NCBI GenBank assembly: GCA_003693705.1
Contig: RBZT01000737.1
Span: 1 to 34,710, forward strand
DNA from: Polymyxa betae A26-41
Lineage: Eukaryota; Protista; Endomyxa: Phytomyxea
Length of the DNA: 34,710 bases
Reading direction: 5' to 3'
Notes under the pieces: generated by a model
What the model was told of the DNA's origin: nothing
What the model saw: only the letters and a program-made list of their open reading frames with translations
The model's database searches: none
Program-made: the position numbers and the translations under genes
In this document: positions 11,742 through 24,517 of the stretch, one piece after another
Layout of the letters: every line of letters starts with the position of its first letter
Position numbering within the stretch: the first letter of the stretch is position 1

Positions 11742-14700
11742 TCACATAGTTAAAGTTTCAGTGACAGGATAATCAACAGCATCAAGAGTATCGCCGACGA
11801 GGTACAGGGAACCTAGAGCAATTTGTTATTTGAAATCATGTACGAGAATAACGGAAAACGAAAAACGAAATTGAAATGACGGAAACAGAATATTATTCAC
11901 AAAAATCACCTGTGACCAGAACATTGAATTGCGTATCTGGTTCAGCAGATGCCATTCGATGTAGCCGTTCCAAGATCGCCACGACAGACGAGAATCTTTC
12001 ACTTTGTTTCGGGAACGGAACATTCCGATATTGACATAAATACCTCCACGAATGCAAAATAGTATCTTGCCATGTGGATGCCTCCTAAAGAGATAATAAA
12101 AAACTATGGGATTTCAACAAAAACTCATACAGGAAAATCTGATACAGCATTCTTATCGCTAATAAAGTCTGATAGAACTGGTAGCCCCTTGATCAGATCT
12201 AGGCGCTCTTGCTTGAACGGACAGCTAAAAACGAAGTCTATATGCTAGAAAATCGAGTTAGAATATCGTTGCGCAGCAAAGAAGTAATAAGCTTTTGAAT
12301 TATGCAAACTCAGCGTAGCAAATATCAACAAATGTGAGATAAAACATGGACTGCATGTTTAGAAACGAAACAGAGACAAAAGAGATACAGGGACGAAACG
12401 GGATGATAATCCGAGAAAAGGAAACCAACGTGCACAAATAACATCACCAATTGAGCATCAAAAATAGCATCACCAATTGAGCATCTAACAGGTTCAGAGC
12501 CTCGAGCAGCGCAACTGGATTTCGATTAACGGCGCAGTTGAACACAAGCACATTGGTAACAGGGGTGCGGCCAGCAGATTCGATACGAAACCAGGATCCG
12601 CAGGCGGAGCAGCTTTCAGCAGTATGGGCACCGTCAATGAACAGAGTAAGATTGTCGGATACATTCAGCCTTTGACATCTGCCTGTATCTCCACATTAAC
12701 TCCAACATCAGCAAAGTCAGCAGACAAATAAAATGTAAAAATTAAACCTGCAACTCAAGACGCAACGAAAAAGAAATCATACTTGGATATCGAATCAAAG
12801 CAAAAAGTAGCTTCCGAAATTTAGAAGTCAATGTTGCAAACAAAGGAATCGCTAAGAAGCCCTAACCAGGCCATTTGCAGCTACTTAGCGCCTTCCGAAT
12901 TTCAGGATGCGAAAGCAAATCGTCATGTGATCGATCAGGCTGTAGACTGTCCAGAAGGATTTGAGCCAATCGCAGTGCGATGGCCGCATTCTGCAATTGA
13001 TGCTCACCGCCAATTCCTAATCGAATTTCAGCGGAATGCGACCTCAACCCGGTACAGGATCAACCTAACTCGACTGAACCAGGAGCTAAAGGTTTAACCA
13101 CATGAAATGGAACCTAGCAGATTTGATCATTGCCCTGGTAGGATAATACGACACTGAAACGCAGCACATCGAAATTGAAAAAAAGCTGCAACGAAGAAAT
13201 AATTTGAAAACAGAGTCGATTACACCTAAACGAGCAAATTGCATTTTCCAAAACGAAAACAGTCAACGAGCGAAACAGAAACGAGCAATGTCATTTTGCG
13301 ATAAAAAACACTAAAAGGAAGTGAGAGGTCATCTGTATCAAACAAGCACAAAACCGCCAGTATTGAAGTAAAATCAAACCTGCTGACGTTGAGCTTGGGC
13401 TTGAATCACTCGAAGAACGTCGTCATTTGGCTGAACGCAAGTAACCGCTACACAGCCCGGCTATGGTTGGCACGATCAGCAATAGCTATATTGACAGCGG
13501 AATACGCGACCTTGATGATTCCTGCTTTTTGGAAGGCAATCTCATTCAATGTGTTCCCAAGAACATCGCAATGGTCGTACCCAATCGAGGCGATGCCACA
13601 AGCGATTGGTGCGGGAATGACATTCGTTGGATCGAGCAGGCCTCCAATTCCAACCTAAACGCAGAGGCAGATCAGAAATGAAACCGGAAACCAAAACACC
13701 CATTCGAAGGACAAAACAACCAAAGGCAATCTCTGATTGAAAAAACCACCAGCCTTTACAGGCAAGCTAAGCAAGAAATAATCGAATTTGAAAAGCTGAT
13801 ATCGACAAAGACCGATAGCAGTCAATGGTATTTTGGCTTCCAAAATGGCGTTGGAAAACACAATGTGAATGCATAATCGAAAAAGGAGACGACCTCAAAG
13901 ACTGCAACATCGACGTTGTAGGCGAGAAAAACATCAAAAGCGAGAACGGTGAAGAATCGGAAGAAGCCAGGCATCGGTGGCGCATCACCACAATCATGCT
14001 ACAAGACGCATTGAGAATTAGATTGCGGTTATCAGCAGACAATATCCAGTTACTTGTGTTTCATACAAACGGTTGAATACACGCCAGAATCGATCTTCGA
14101 ATTCCTTTTGAGGAAGAGGTCGTCCTCCGATTCGGATACGTTCGGTGACATCGCGAAGATGAGGCGATGTGAACAAACCAGTACGGAGAGGACGCCCCTA
14201 ACAACGCATAAGAAACGAGAGAAGCAGACAGCAATAAAACAACGAGAACAGATCATCTAGTAACCATAAGGCAGTTGTAGAGCTCATCTATGCACAAGAG
14301 GCAAATGATGGAAAGTGGTAAAAAAATCGGTTGTACACGAATTACGTTCAGCGAAGGATGGCATAAAACAGCATCTGAAAAACTGGCTGTGTAAGCAGTA
14401 AAGAAAAGATCGAAATATCGTGATAGAAGACAGCGCTTCACTCAGATAGCTGCATATTAATACAATAAACAGGGAAAGACCACAAAAAACATGCAAAACA
14501 CTTACATATGGTGAATGCCGAAGAATCGATTCAGTGAAGGCCGATACTGACCCTTTTCCTTTCGTACCAGCAACATGGACGATCTTCAGCGATTCGATCT
14601 TAGTCTGAGCATAATTGATGAGAGCGATTTAGAAAAGCAATACTGCCTGGAGCCAACATCGATTTCTAAGCGGCGCAGATAGGAGCGTGTCTCAAAAACG

Positions 14701-15202
14701 GGTGATATTCGCGATCGATGACGCGCCAGGAGCTCGGCTCCTGTCGATTGCAGGGAAAGAATAGCGGCAGATACGCTCTAGAGAAAGTTAGAAAAGCATC
14801 GTTTTAGACTGAGTATGAGAAATGCTTAACAAAGCTTTAGAATCAAATTCGAAAAGATGAAATAAACTAACAGGTTCTATAATACAAATAATGAGAAATT
14901 CTTAAACGAAGCATCAATCTATTTTAAAAAGATGAAAAAAACTAAGAGGTTCTATAATACAAATAACTGACAACACGATCAAAGCAGCAAACTATCATAC
15001 ATCAGCATGCATAACGACAAAATTAGTAAACAGAGTTCACAGCTTGAATCAATACATCCATGACCGTGATATTCAACAAGCAATAAAAGAAAATAAAAAA
15101 CGTGATAAAAAGTCCCACTAAACTCCAGAATGAAATCAGTAAAAGCACAAAGCCTGGTCACAAACAGGTCCCAACACTGACTTTGTAGCCATGGCCTGTC
15201 AT
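11742..15202 (-). CDS. FPGS: Folylpolyglutamate synthase, multi-exon
   Basis: Exons encode VHVAGTKGKGS, TGLFTSPHL...ERIRI, MPGFFRFFTVLAF, VGIGGLLDPTN, IGYDHCDVLGNTLNEIAFQKAGIIK, HQLQNAAIA, KWPGRCQ, FIDGAHTAES, VLVTGSLYLVG. The start is inferred from a 21-nt exon (MTGHGYK, 15202-15182) followed by a gtcagt donor. Confidence 0.93.
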
Positions 15203-16063
15203 GGCGAACGAGAACGGTCCTGCCCTGGCTTCGTCGTCCTGCCTGCTGAGTCTGCTCGAATGCCCAGCCCGGGCGAGAAGTGATGCGACGACGCCTTGAT
15301 GTAAAGCACCGTGATTGTTCGCAGTAACAATTTGAGGTTTGTTCGTGGTTCTGCCAACGCCTTGGCCACTTTGCTCGTCTGCGAGTTTCGTCAGAACGTT
15401 GTACGAGTTGGTCGAAGCCTTGACGGCCGCTATTCAGGACCACTGATTCTACATGCTTTATCAGATGGTGAGATCAGCTGTTGTCATGATGCTCTGAAAC
15501 GTGCAGTTTCGCTCGCCAATGGCTGTCAACAAATCCAGCCAGAGCGGATGGCATCAGAAAGCGACATGAATCTCGTTTTTTGAAATTGCATCTTCCTACC
15601 TGTAATCTCGTACAGAATGGAATAATTCTGAAATCCCAAGATGGTGATATCGGCTGGCTCGACTCTCCAAGATTCCGAATTGATTCGAACTCCAATAGCT
15701 GCATTGACGGGTCCTTTGTTGCTATCTGAGCTAATCGCTGAAGTTGGACATCAAACTACTAGCAATAACGAAGGATATCAGCTTATTCAATACAAAAAGA
15801 GCGAAACGGCTCAGATCGGAGCAAGTACGACACACTCACGCTCGGCATCTTCAACACGAAGGCATCGTTTTATGAACGGGATTCCGGGCAAACGATTTCG
15901 AAAGGATGGCCAGCATTGTTCGACCATTGATACGACGCCTGAGACACTTATAGATACAGAATCGCTGAAGGCGACTGCGTCCATGTGAGCGAAGAAGTCA
16001 TCGGTGACGTCGCAGTGAGTATTCATTACCTGAAAGTGATTCTGGCGTCTCATTGGCTCGTCG

Positions 16064-16898
16064 GTGACAACAGATGAATGGTTCGAGGCTATGCATACCG
16101 GCGCTTATACAGGCGATATCTGCATCAGATCATCCTCTGTATCTGTATATAACAGAGTCATAATGATAATCTCCGTCTGCTTAATGATCCATTTGTCTCG
16201 ATTTGCCTCTATCAAAACCATCTGTACTCCATTAATTGCATCTGAGCTCCATTCGGGTGTCACTGCATCAAGCGCTCTCGTCACGATATCTTCCTGCTCG
16301 CCGCCATGCTATCCACATTCTAATCCATCCGATATGGATCCAATTATTTCTGCGTTTCGCTCGGCTTAGGCAGCGTTTGTTTTTCTCTGCCAGAATGGAA
16401 AGATTGTTTGTCTACGATTTGCTCAGAGGCCTATTTGACGGCAGATTAATGGTTGGATTTATTCATGATCGTATTCATGATTGTCATATGGTACTGATAT
16501 TCACATCAGCTCTGGGGGTTCCGGATCATCTTCAACTGCAGTTTGGCATTACGTTATGTTACCGGATTCACGCTGGTATCGTTAGCATGCCCATTGGGAC
16601 GTGCTCTCTCATATTATCAATGCTGTATGAAGTCGCTGTTTTGTGTGTTGAGCAATTGGATGGAAGGATCGCCAGCTATCTCGGGGCGGCATTCGCTGTT
16701 GGCGCCATCGCTTCGTATTATTGGTCCCTGGATCGCCGTATATGTACTTTCGACTATATTATCTCGCAAATGTGCATGAGAAATTAATGGCGACCATGTA
16801 CAGGTACATTCATGGAGCAATCTTGTCCATATTGGTGATAAACCTACTGATGATGAAGGTCCCAAAGTACGTACATTCGACGCGATTGTCTCTGTATG
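16064..16898 (+). CDS. Probable multi-exon hypothetical membrane protein; frame and start unresolved
   Basis: Regularly spaced ~50-65 nt GT..AG segments (near 16491, 16577, 16738) separate hydrophobic open frames. No family recognised. Confidence 0.3.
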
Positions 16899-17325
16899 AT
16901 AAGAGACTCCCAACCGGCGTCATTCCAGCGCCTTTCTTCAAATGGCGATTCAGCCTAACGGCTTCGCATCACTCTCAAAAGACAATTCTTTCAAAACGAT
17001 TTTTGCGACTTCTCCCATTCTTTCAGCCAAGTAAAAAACGGCGACCTCCAATGCTGCCATATTGATGAATGGATCTTGTAAAGGTCGCTCATCCCGTGAC
17101 AATTGAGTCAACGGGTCAGGTGAGATCGACCTGTCATCGTGGCGCCTTGAGTCACGCCGCTCCTCCCTCGCCATCAACCAATGGCGGCCAGCTCAGAATT
17201 TCGTCACTCCTGAAGCGATTATCTATCTGAATCAGCGCCTCTAAAACAATACCACAAACGAACTCGCTCGTCGTCCCCGTCAGCAGCAGAGCCTAACACC
17301 CACCTCAACACCCCTCAACCTCATA

Positions 17326-17960
17326 ATGCTGGCCCGGCACGATGAACACATTCTGAATTGGCTGTCGCAACGACCGCTTGGCGGTCTGTTCGCCAACACG
17401 TCGCCGTCGATCTCCTGGAAGCCCACGACGGGCGTCCGGACATTGTCGTTGACGCCGAAGCGTGGCGAGTCACCGGCCATGGTGATGGCGTTCAGCAGCG
17501 ACGAAGAAGTGGCGAAATATAACCCTCTGTATAAGACCAACTATTGCAGGGAGTTCACAATCAATGGGCACTGCCCATTTCAGGACAAATGTCATTTCGC
17601 GCATGGCTCTCGTGAGCTTCGCCCGATGCCTACAGGCAGTCCAACGAAGAGTCCGAACGTGCTCAGCGAGCATGTGTACAAGACCGAATTATGTACGGTG
17701 TTCATCAAGGACGGCTCGTGCCGATACGGCGTCCGATGCCATTTCGCGTAGGAATCGACTTAAATGTGGTTAGGGTTTAGGGGTTTAAGGTTTTAGGGTT
17801 TCGCTCTGTTGTTGCTGAATCGTTTCTCAGACACGGGCTGCAAGAGCTGCGGCCGCGATCGACATCGAAGCCCGTCCGGCCCGGCAAATGCCTACAATGG
17901 AGTGTGGACAGGACCTGCCGCTATGGACCAGCATGCCGATTTCAACACAATACCGAATAA
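17326..17960 (+). CDS. TIS11/ZFP36-like CCCH zinc-finger RNA-binding protein with three fingers; intron 17748-17830
   Basis: YKTNYCREFTINGHCPFQDKCHFAHG and YKTELCTVFIKDGSCRYGVRCHFA|HG. After splicing, a third C-x8-C-x5-C-x3-H (CLQWSVDRTCRYGPACRFQH) precedes the stop. Confidence 0.9.
17769..17801 (+). repeat. Interstitial telomere-like tract inside an intron
   Basis: ttaggg-tttagggg-tttaagg-ttttaggg-ttt. Confidence 0.8.
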
Positions 17961-18062
17961 TCGCTTCGATTCGCGAAACCACCATCATACCCCTCATAAT
18001 TTTAATATCTTTTTTACGTCTCGGGTCTAATAAACCTATCACTACACCCTCTCTAAGTTTAG

Positions 18063-18479
18063 ATGGCACGCGTCCTTGCAGCTCCATATGATAAAGTGGC
18101 AAGTATGGCAATCGAGAGTTTCCCTTCGATTGAAGTGGAAATCGAGCCACCAAGCTATTCTGCAGTAATCAGGCAAGATCGTCAAAGCGTCAGAAACCTG
18201 AACCGAACCAGAAGATCGAATCTTGATGTCCCGTTAGCCGAGAAGGCAACGACACGGCCCGCTTGCTGTAAACATTGGCTCCTAATCTTGGGCGTCACAT
18301 TCGCCGTCATTTTCATCATTATTGGTGCGCAAAGCATTAAAGCGAAACACCACAAGACCGAAACGAAGCTGTCCCAACAAGCAGTTCAAGACGGAGATAG
18401 CGACTTTCAGGTCGTAGCCGATAATCAGAGTATGCACACCAGAAGTCCTCAAATTAACGATCGGGAACGTCCAGTTTGA
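18063..18479 (+). CDS. Small single-pass membrane protein with PPxY motif
   Basis: 138-aa ORF. PPSY near the N-terminus; CC just before the hydrophobic WLLILGVTFAVIFIIIGA. Confidence 0.6.
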   Translation: MARVLAAPYDKVASMAIESFPSIEVEIEPPSYSAVIRQDRQSVRNLNRTRRSNLDVPLAEKATTRPACCKHWLLILGVTFAVIFIIIGAQSIKAKHHKTETKLSQQAVQDGDSDFQVVADNQSMHTRSPQINDRERPV

Positions 18480-18686
18480 GGTCGTCGGGGACATATACCG
18501 CCACGTCTTGAGAATCAGTATAAAGTTAATTTTGCAAACTCTCACACAACAAACAAAGAGCTGGGCTCGCAGCTTCATCGCATCGTTATGTTTATCGCAA
18601 CGATAGTCTGCGAACGAAGCGCCAATTATGACCCAAGCATCAGCTCGGGACAGCTGGATGATGATTGAAGTAGTCAGGTTATCTTG

Positions 18687-19818
18687 TCAGGCCTCCATAT
18701 CGGCGATCGGGTTGGCGTGAATCGTGACCGACTTGATGACAATGTCATTGACGGGGCGATTTTTAGGCCCACAGCGACATCTTTCTATCGCATCCAACGT
18801 ATCGAAACCGTCAATCACACTGCGAATGGTTCAGTGTTATGGAAATTATATCTGTAGGGATAGCGGTATTACTGTCCGAATATTGTGGATACATTGTCGA
18901 GATGAGAAGCGGCGTCGAATGTGATGTAGAACTGAACAGCATTTGTGTTCAGGCCTTTGTTGGCGAACGCTACAATACCTCTCTTATCATGCTAAATTGC
19001 ACAGTCAGAAATAATATTAAACAAACTGGTAAGAGATTGGTCATATAAAATTTGAACTATCTGATAAAGTAGGAGAAGCATGATCAAAATAAGATTCACT
19101 ACCAAAATTGATAGTGATAGCAAACGATTTTGACAACATTATAGATAGAAAATTTAAGCCTGGGAAATGTCGCAAAGAGATGATTAGAAACAGTAGAAAT
19201 GAGAAATATGGTGAGCGCATACTATCAGATAGGAAGAAAACTCATCGTTCAGATAGTCGCCATTCCAAGCACGAGCGTCTTTAGCAGATCCAACAGTCGG
19301 GAATCCACCTGTAAGGATAAGAAATTAGCAGTTTTGAAGCGTATTCGAAACTATGGGGACAAATGTTCTATAAGGAAATAGAAGAAAATTTAGCTATTTG
19401 ACGTTGTTGCCAACCTAGTCCTGATAGTATGGATTTAAGTCAGCCAAAGATTTAAACGATTTGGCACTTTACAGAAAGAGAACTATGCAAACATTCCTAG
19501 ATGAATGTGAAATTAGGAGAATGTTTGAAATATCGAAGGCAGAGCACAATGTAGAAATAGTAAAAAGGCAATAAAGCATTATGAGGTCGAGAAATGGCAA
19601 AAACGCGAATGAACCTTGGCACATGAATCCAGGAATGACACGGTGAAAGATGGTGCCATCGTAAACATTGGAAGCGCAAAGGGCCAGGAAGTTCTACATG
19701 ATAAGTCAGCTAATCCGAAAGGTAGAAACCAAGAATATGCCTTTGCAGCTTCGGGAACCAGATCGCATGCGATTTCGATTTTAATATCGCCCAGCGATGT
19801 GTGTAATGTCACAGACAT
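18687..19818 (-). CDS. PPIL3: Cyclophilin, PPIL3-like, 5 exons
   Basis: MSVTLHTSLGDIKIE...NFLALCAS...FHRVIPGFMCQGG...HDKRGIVAFAN...VIDGFDTLDAIE...VTIHANPIADMEA-stop. N- and C-termini match the PPIL3 subfamily. Confidence 0.9.
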
Positions 19819-20218
19819 TGAGAACAGAAAAATGCGAAAGTAACACCTAGAAAAAGTCAGAAACTAAACAGAAAACTGCGCGCTGGTCATCAAAACTCGT
19901 TTGCCTTTTTAAACACCATTACAATCTGCAACATGACTGTCATTAAAAATTTCGCAAAATCCAGCAATGATTTTTTACTGCACCATTGGTATGCAGGCTT
20001 GGCATCCGATAGAAAAATGTGACATTTCATTATTCATGTATTCGTCTTTGGAGATGAAAACTGCTGCTATGATTCTCAAAAAACGCAATCTCTTCAACAA
20101 AACTGCGGCTGCAAATGTATGCGCAGTTTTTGTAATCAGACTATCAGAGGGATAGCGCCTGGAGGCGCCTCCCTTTCATAGTGTTTTGAGGTGATCCTTG
20201 TCAGCATCCAACCGGAAC

Positions 20219-21055
20219 ATGGTTAGGTTGCTGGTTGTATCCGGCATTATACTGGTCGCCTCTGTTTGGGCCGACTTTCAGGTGCCAGAGAATAAGGTGG
20301 TCTGGGAAGTTACGGAAGGCGTCCCCAAATGCTTCTTCGAATCAGGTAGTGTGAATTACTGAGACCGCTAAGCATTGGTTTAACGTAGCTCAGTACCTGA
20401 AAATACTTTAATCTCTGTCCATTACAAGAATTTAGATGCTGGGGTTCCATCCAATCTCAACGCCGCTGATGCTACTCCGCTTTTGGAAATCTATGTCGAG
20501 GTACCTTGATAATGTCTGCGTATAGACCAGGTCGTAATACCATTTGCTATCAGGAACCGACACATGCAGCTGAATTACACTCTGAAAAGATGATAAGGGA
20601 AAACACATTTCGCGTCACTAGTCATGGTATTTCATTTATTGTCGAATGATGTTGTTTTTTATATGATTTTTTTTATTTTTTTGTTTATAGATGAAGGAGA
20701 GCACCGAATATGTGTCGCTGTACAATCGACGAACTGGTTCGGCAATGCTCGTAAGTTCAAGTTCGAAATGTACATCGACACTGGAGACAAGGCCATTGAT
20801 TGGGCTGAAATGGCCAAAGTGGAACATTTGACAGCAATCGAAGTCGAAATAAGGAAGCTTGCTGACGTCACTCGAAACATTCGTAAAGAGCAGACTTTTC
20901 AACGTCATCGTGAAGCAGAATTTAGAAACACAAGTGAGAGCACGAACTCCAGAGTGGCTTGGTGGAGTCTATTCACCACACTGCTGGTGGTCGCTCTTGG
21001 TATTTGGCAGGTTATTTACCTGAAGAGTTTCTTCAAAAAGAAGAAGCTTGTCTAA
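20219..21055 (+). CDS. p24/emp24/gp25L cargo receptor (p24-alpha / TMED9-like), 4 exons
   Basis: Signal peptide, GOLD-domain Cys pair (KCFFE / HRIC), EAEFRNTSESTNSRVAWWS, TM helix, FF plus dilysine tail KKLV. Confidence 0.93.
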
Positions 21056-21221
21056 CTTTTAGCTTGGGCGGTTTCTTCCTACAGCCATCCATGATCCATT
21101 TTATGATCAATACTAAAGATTCAAGATTTCTTTTATATATCGCTGCATTATTCTGGGCTCCAAGCATTATGAACGATAGTGATAACCGGTTGTAGTATTC
21201 CTTTGTTGAGCTTTTTGATGA

Positions 21222-23476
21222 TCATGGTTCCTCTTGAACATACATTTTTTTTAATAATCGACATCGGAATATACCTTGATTATTTCCTTGATACCAGCAG
21301 GCTGCAAGAACGTCAAATAACCGGACCACGTTGAGCTTCAGAAATTGGAAGGATCGGACGCAAATAGATTGGAACATGATAGGTAAAGATCCCATCACTC
21401 CGATAAAGTAGATGCAATATTGCCAAAGCGTGATTAATGCAAAATAACCCTTGGTGAAACATGATCGACTAAAGCCATTCGAAGAAGACAATTGCTGATG
21501 ATTGTTATCATCAGAAGAATCAAATGTAGGTAGCTGGCAAAAATGATGCAATACTTGATCCTTGCCGAAAACAAGGTGATCGTCATCAGAAAGGCATCGT
21601 GGCGGAACAGGATAGCAATGGGCCTGACAAGTTTAATGAAAAAATAAGATGCTCTGCAGGTAATGTGATTCGATTTCATACTTTAGCGGTTCGGCAGCGC
21701 TTTCTGAGAAACCGATCTTCATCTGGAACAAGATCAAGTAAATATTAGCTTAAGAATAAATCGGAATGATTATTAGAAATGTAAAATAGGCATGCAAGGT
21801 GAAATCGAGCAAACAGGGCGAATGATACCTCCCAAGATAGATCTTTTGCGGCGCAAACGACTTCGTGCGGAAGGGGGATCAGAGCAAAGGTCCTGGCTTG
21901 ATAATTGTTCGTCCTCACTTGATGTAAGCGCCGACCTAAAAAAATATCGGTCAACCACAGCATTGGAGAAACCCGAGTGTAGCTGAGCAGGCTGATCCAA
22001 CGAGTGCAAAAGAGATGAAAAAGGTACCTCATGGCCACAGCATACTCTTCCATTCGATATTCTTCATCGCTAAATGCCAGAAAATTCAGCACTCAAGCAA
22101 AGTTTGGGAAGAGTTGTACCTCAATGACAGCACAACATCCTCATTCCCAAGAGAGAGATCTGCAAAGATAGATTCGTGATCGCTTAGTTTACAATACCTT
22201 AGCCTAGTCAGTTGCAAGCATGAGATACTAAACCATTACAGTAGCTGTGAATCCAGAGTATCGTGCTGAGATGGATTCTCCTGGTCACGTAGGTCCCTAT
22301 CATTAAGAGCTAAGCGCGATCTTTTTACATTGCCTGAGTAGATTACTCCAAATCTGAAACATTTTCAACACAGAACACATTGGCTATTGAGGATTCTGGT
22401 TTTGGATACGGAAACTCCAATGGGATGAAGGGTTCATATAATGGAAGAAGATCCCTGAGAGCCGGAAACTAAGGAAATGCTAAAGAAAAGAAAAACTCAA
22501 TTCAAAAGAAAGGGAGAAAAGACCAACATTAACAGAACAAAGCTTCAAAATCACGATTCGCATGGGTACTTACGCCGGAGTGAAGTCTTTATGTTCGTAA
22601 AAATAGATTAGATCTTCCTTCTGAGTTTGTTCAGTGTCATGAGGCTCAGGTTTAGATTTGCTTGAAAACTGGATTAAAATAGAATAAAGCCCAGATGTAA
22701 AGATATACTCTGCGAAACAGCGATTTTGGAACTCAACCCAGTCTAGTGACAAATCTGGAGAGGAGTCGAGGTCTGAAATACCATCACTCGCACAGCCACC
22801 ATTAATGTCAATGATCTCGCATTCGGATCCAGATATAATCTCCTTCTCATCTGAGGGAATTGTCAGAGCCAAAAAGCGTCAAGCAAGAGGCAAACAGATT
22901 ACCACTGCTACATCTTTGCTCCTGTTTTTCACATAAATACTCGAGCGCCTTTGTAACGTCTTCGGACATGACGCGATCTTCGAGCGCCTTCGGCTCATTG
23001 CGATAAAAGATATCAAGTAGAGATGAAGCTTGAAATGGAAGGTCGTCGTCAAGTAGAGGCGAATGAATAGGAGCGGTAGGCGCTGTCATCTCTGCTATCA
23101 TGGTACGAACCGAGACAGAATCGTTATCTAGAAAAAAGGACTCAGGAGAATCATAACATTTATTTACCTGGCCGCAGCAAGAACCAATATCGTTATGATC
23201 TTGGAGGCAAACCTGTTCAATCAGATCAAGAATCACAGACGAAACTATCGGAAGACAGTCAGAATCTTTCAAAGCAGGAGGACTTGAAGAACATGGTGGC
23301 GAAGAAGTGGTAGATTTAATCGACGCGAGAGAGGCGGAGGAGCTACTATGAGATAGATGAAGTGAGGGCAGATCAAAGACGATGTTAGAAGGACGACGAG
23401 ATAGGGCAAGAGCGCGAAGCTTAGCTGCTGCAATGTCAACGATCGCATCATCAACAACAACGCTTTCGACGAGCAT
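21222..23476 (-). CDS. Hypothetical multi-exon Ser/acidic-rich protein with a hydrophobic segment near the C-terminus
   Basis: Successive long minus-strand ORFs (23476-22847, 22872-22570, 22009-21773, 21551-21222) can be joined by short GT-AG introns. No domain recognised. Confidence 0.6.
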
Positions 23477-24517
23477 GTTTCAGACTGAAGCCAATCATGG
23501 ACATCATCGTCATCGTCCCAATAACTTGGGACTAGATGCTTCGGAAATCAAGTCGGTGACAGTGAAGAAGGCGACGATGCTTGCAAAAAGTCAAGAACGT
23601 GATCAGCCATAACGAGCAGACAGTTATCGATAGCAAGCAGGAGCCGCCCTTTGGTGACGAAGCCAATTTCTGTTGGAGATAGAAGCTCCATCAGGATGAT
23701 CGGATTAGATTGGATTGGATTAGTCTAGTTCGTTGATTTTGGTCCAAAAGGCGGCGCTCTATCCGAAACGCAAGGCTGATAGTACTCAGGCGTCTGGCCA
23801 TATTATCTGTCAGTGCTTCTACTTCCAATTTCGAAGCGGTTCATTATTACACCCGTCATCAGGATGATCGGTTTTACCGACATCGACACAATCGCTTTGC
23901 CTTAGAAGCTTGTGAAGGACGACATCGAGAATCTAAAGTGACCTATCTACGGGTTTAAGAATCCGCAATGTCTCTCTCATTTGATAGTGAGTTGGGAAGC
24001 ATCAGCTGTAAATACATTTGAAAAAAAACATGTCAAATTTTCCACAATACAGCTCAAGTCCGCTTGTCGTAACATCGTTCATTTCATCAAGCGTTTTGCT
24101 CACTGTGAATTTCCAAATGCATGGATCTGTGGTCAGTGGCTAACAGAAGAATTCCTTCCGACCGTCTTCGGAAGCTTTGCATTTCTGATATAGGAATCTA
24201 GCGCTAAGTAGCGCAGACTTTCCTGGAAGTCTGCAGATGCGAATGGTGGAGCTACACGATGGACGATTTCGGCTGGGCTATCCCATTCGTCCATTAGTTT
24301 GTTCAAATACTTCAATCCGGGCATCGGCTCCCGGATATGTTAGTGGAGTTTTTAAAGCTGATAAAGTCCAAGTTTCCTGTTCCTGCGAATCCTGCCTCAA
24401 CTCAATACCATTTCATACAAAACAGTCTTGTCATCGTGCTGGTTGCCATTGTATGAAGGCGAAATATCTTCACTGTCCGAGTCGTCTTGAAACCACCAGT
24501 CATTATCGTTGATCTTC

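Noticed and set aside
14979-15988. ORFs of 90-154 aa around the FPGS 5' end
   Set aside because: They overlap intron, UTR or promoter sequence, with no domain signal or splice support.
22070-22165. SH3-like look of DLSLGNEDVV
   Set aside because: Flanking residues lack the ALYDY and WW/G.FP signatures.
23850-24330. Minus-strand protein-like fragments
   Set aside because: Interrupted by stops, with no recognisable homology.
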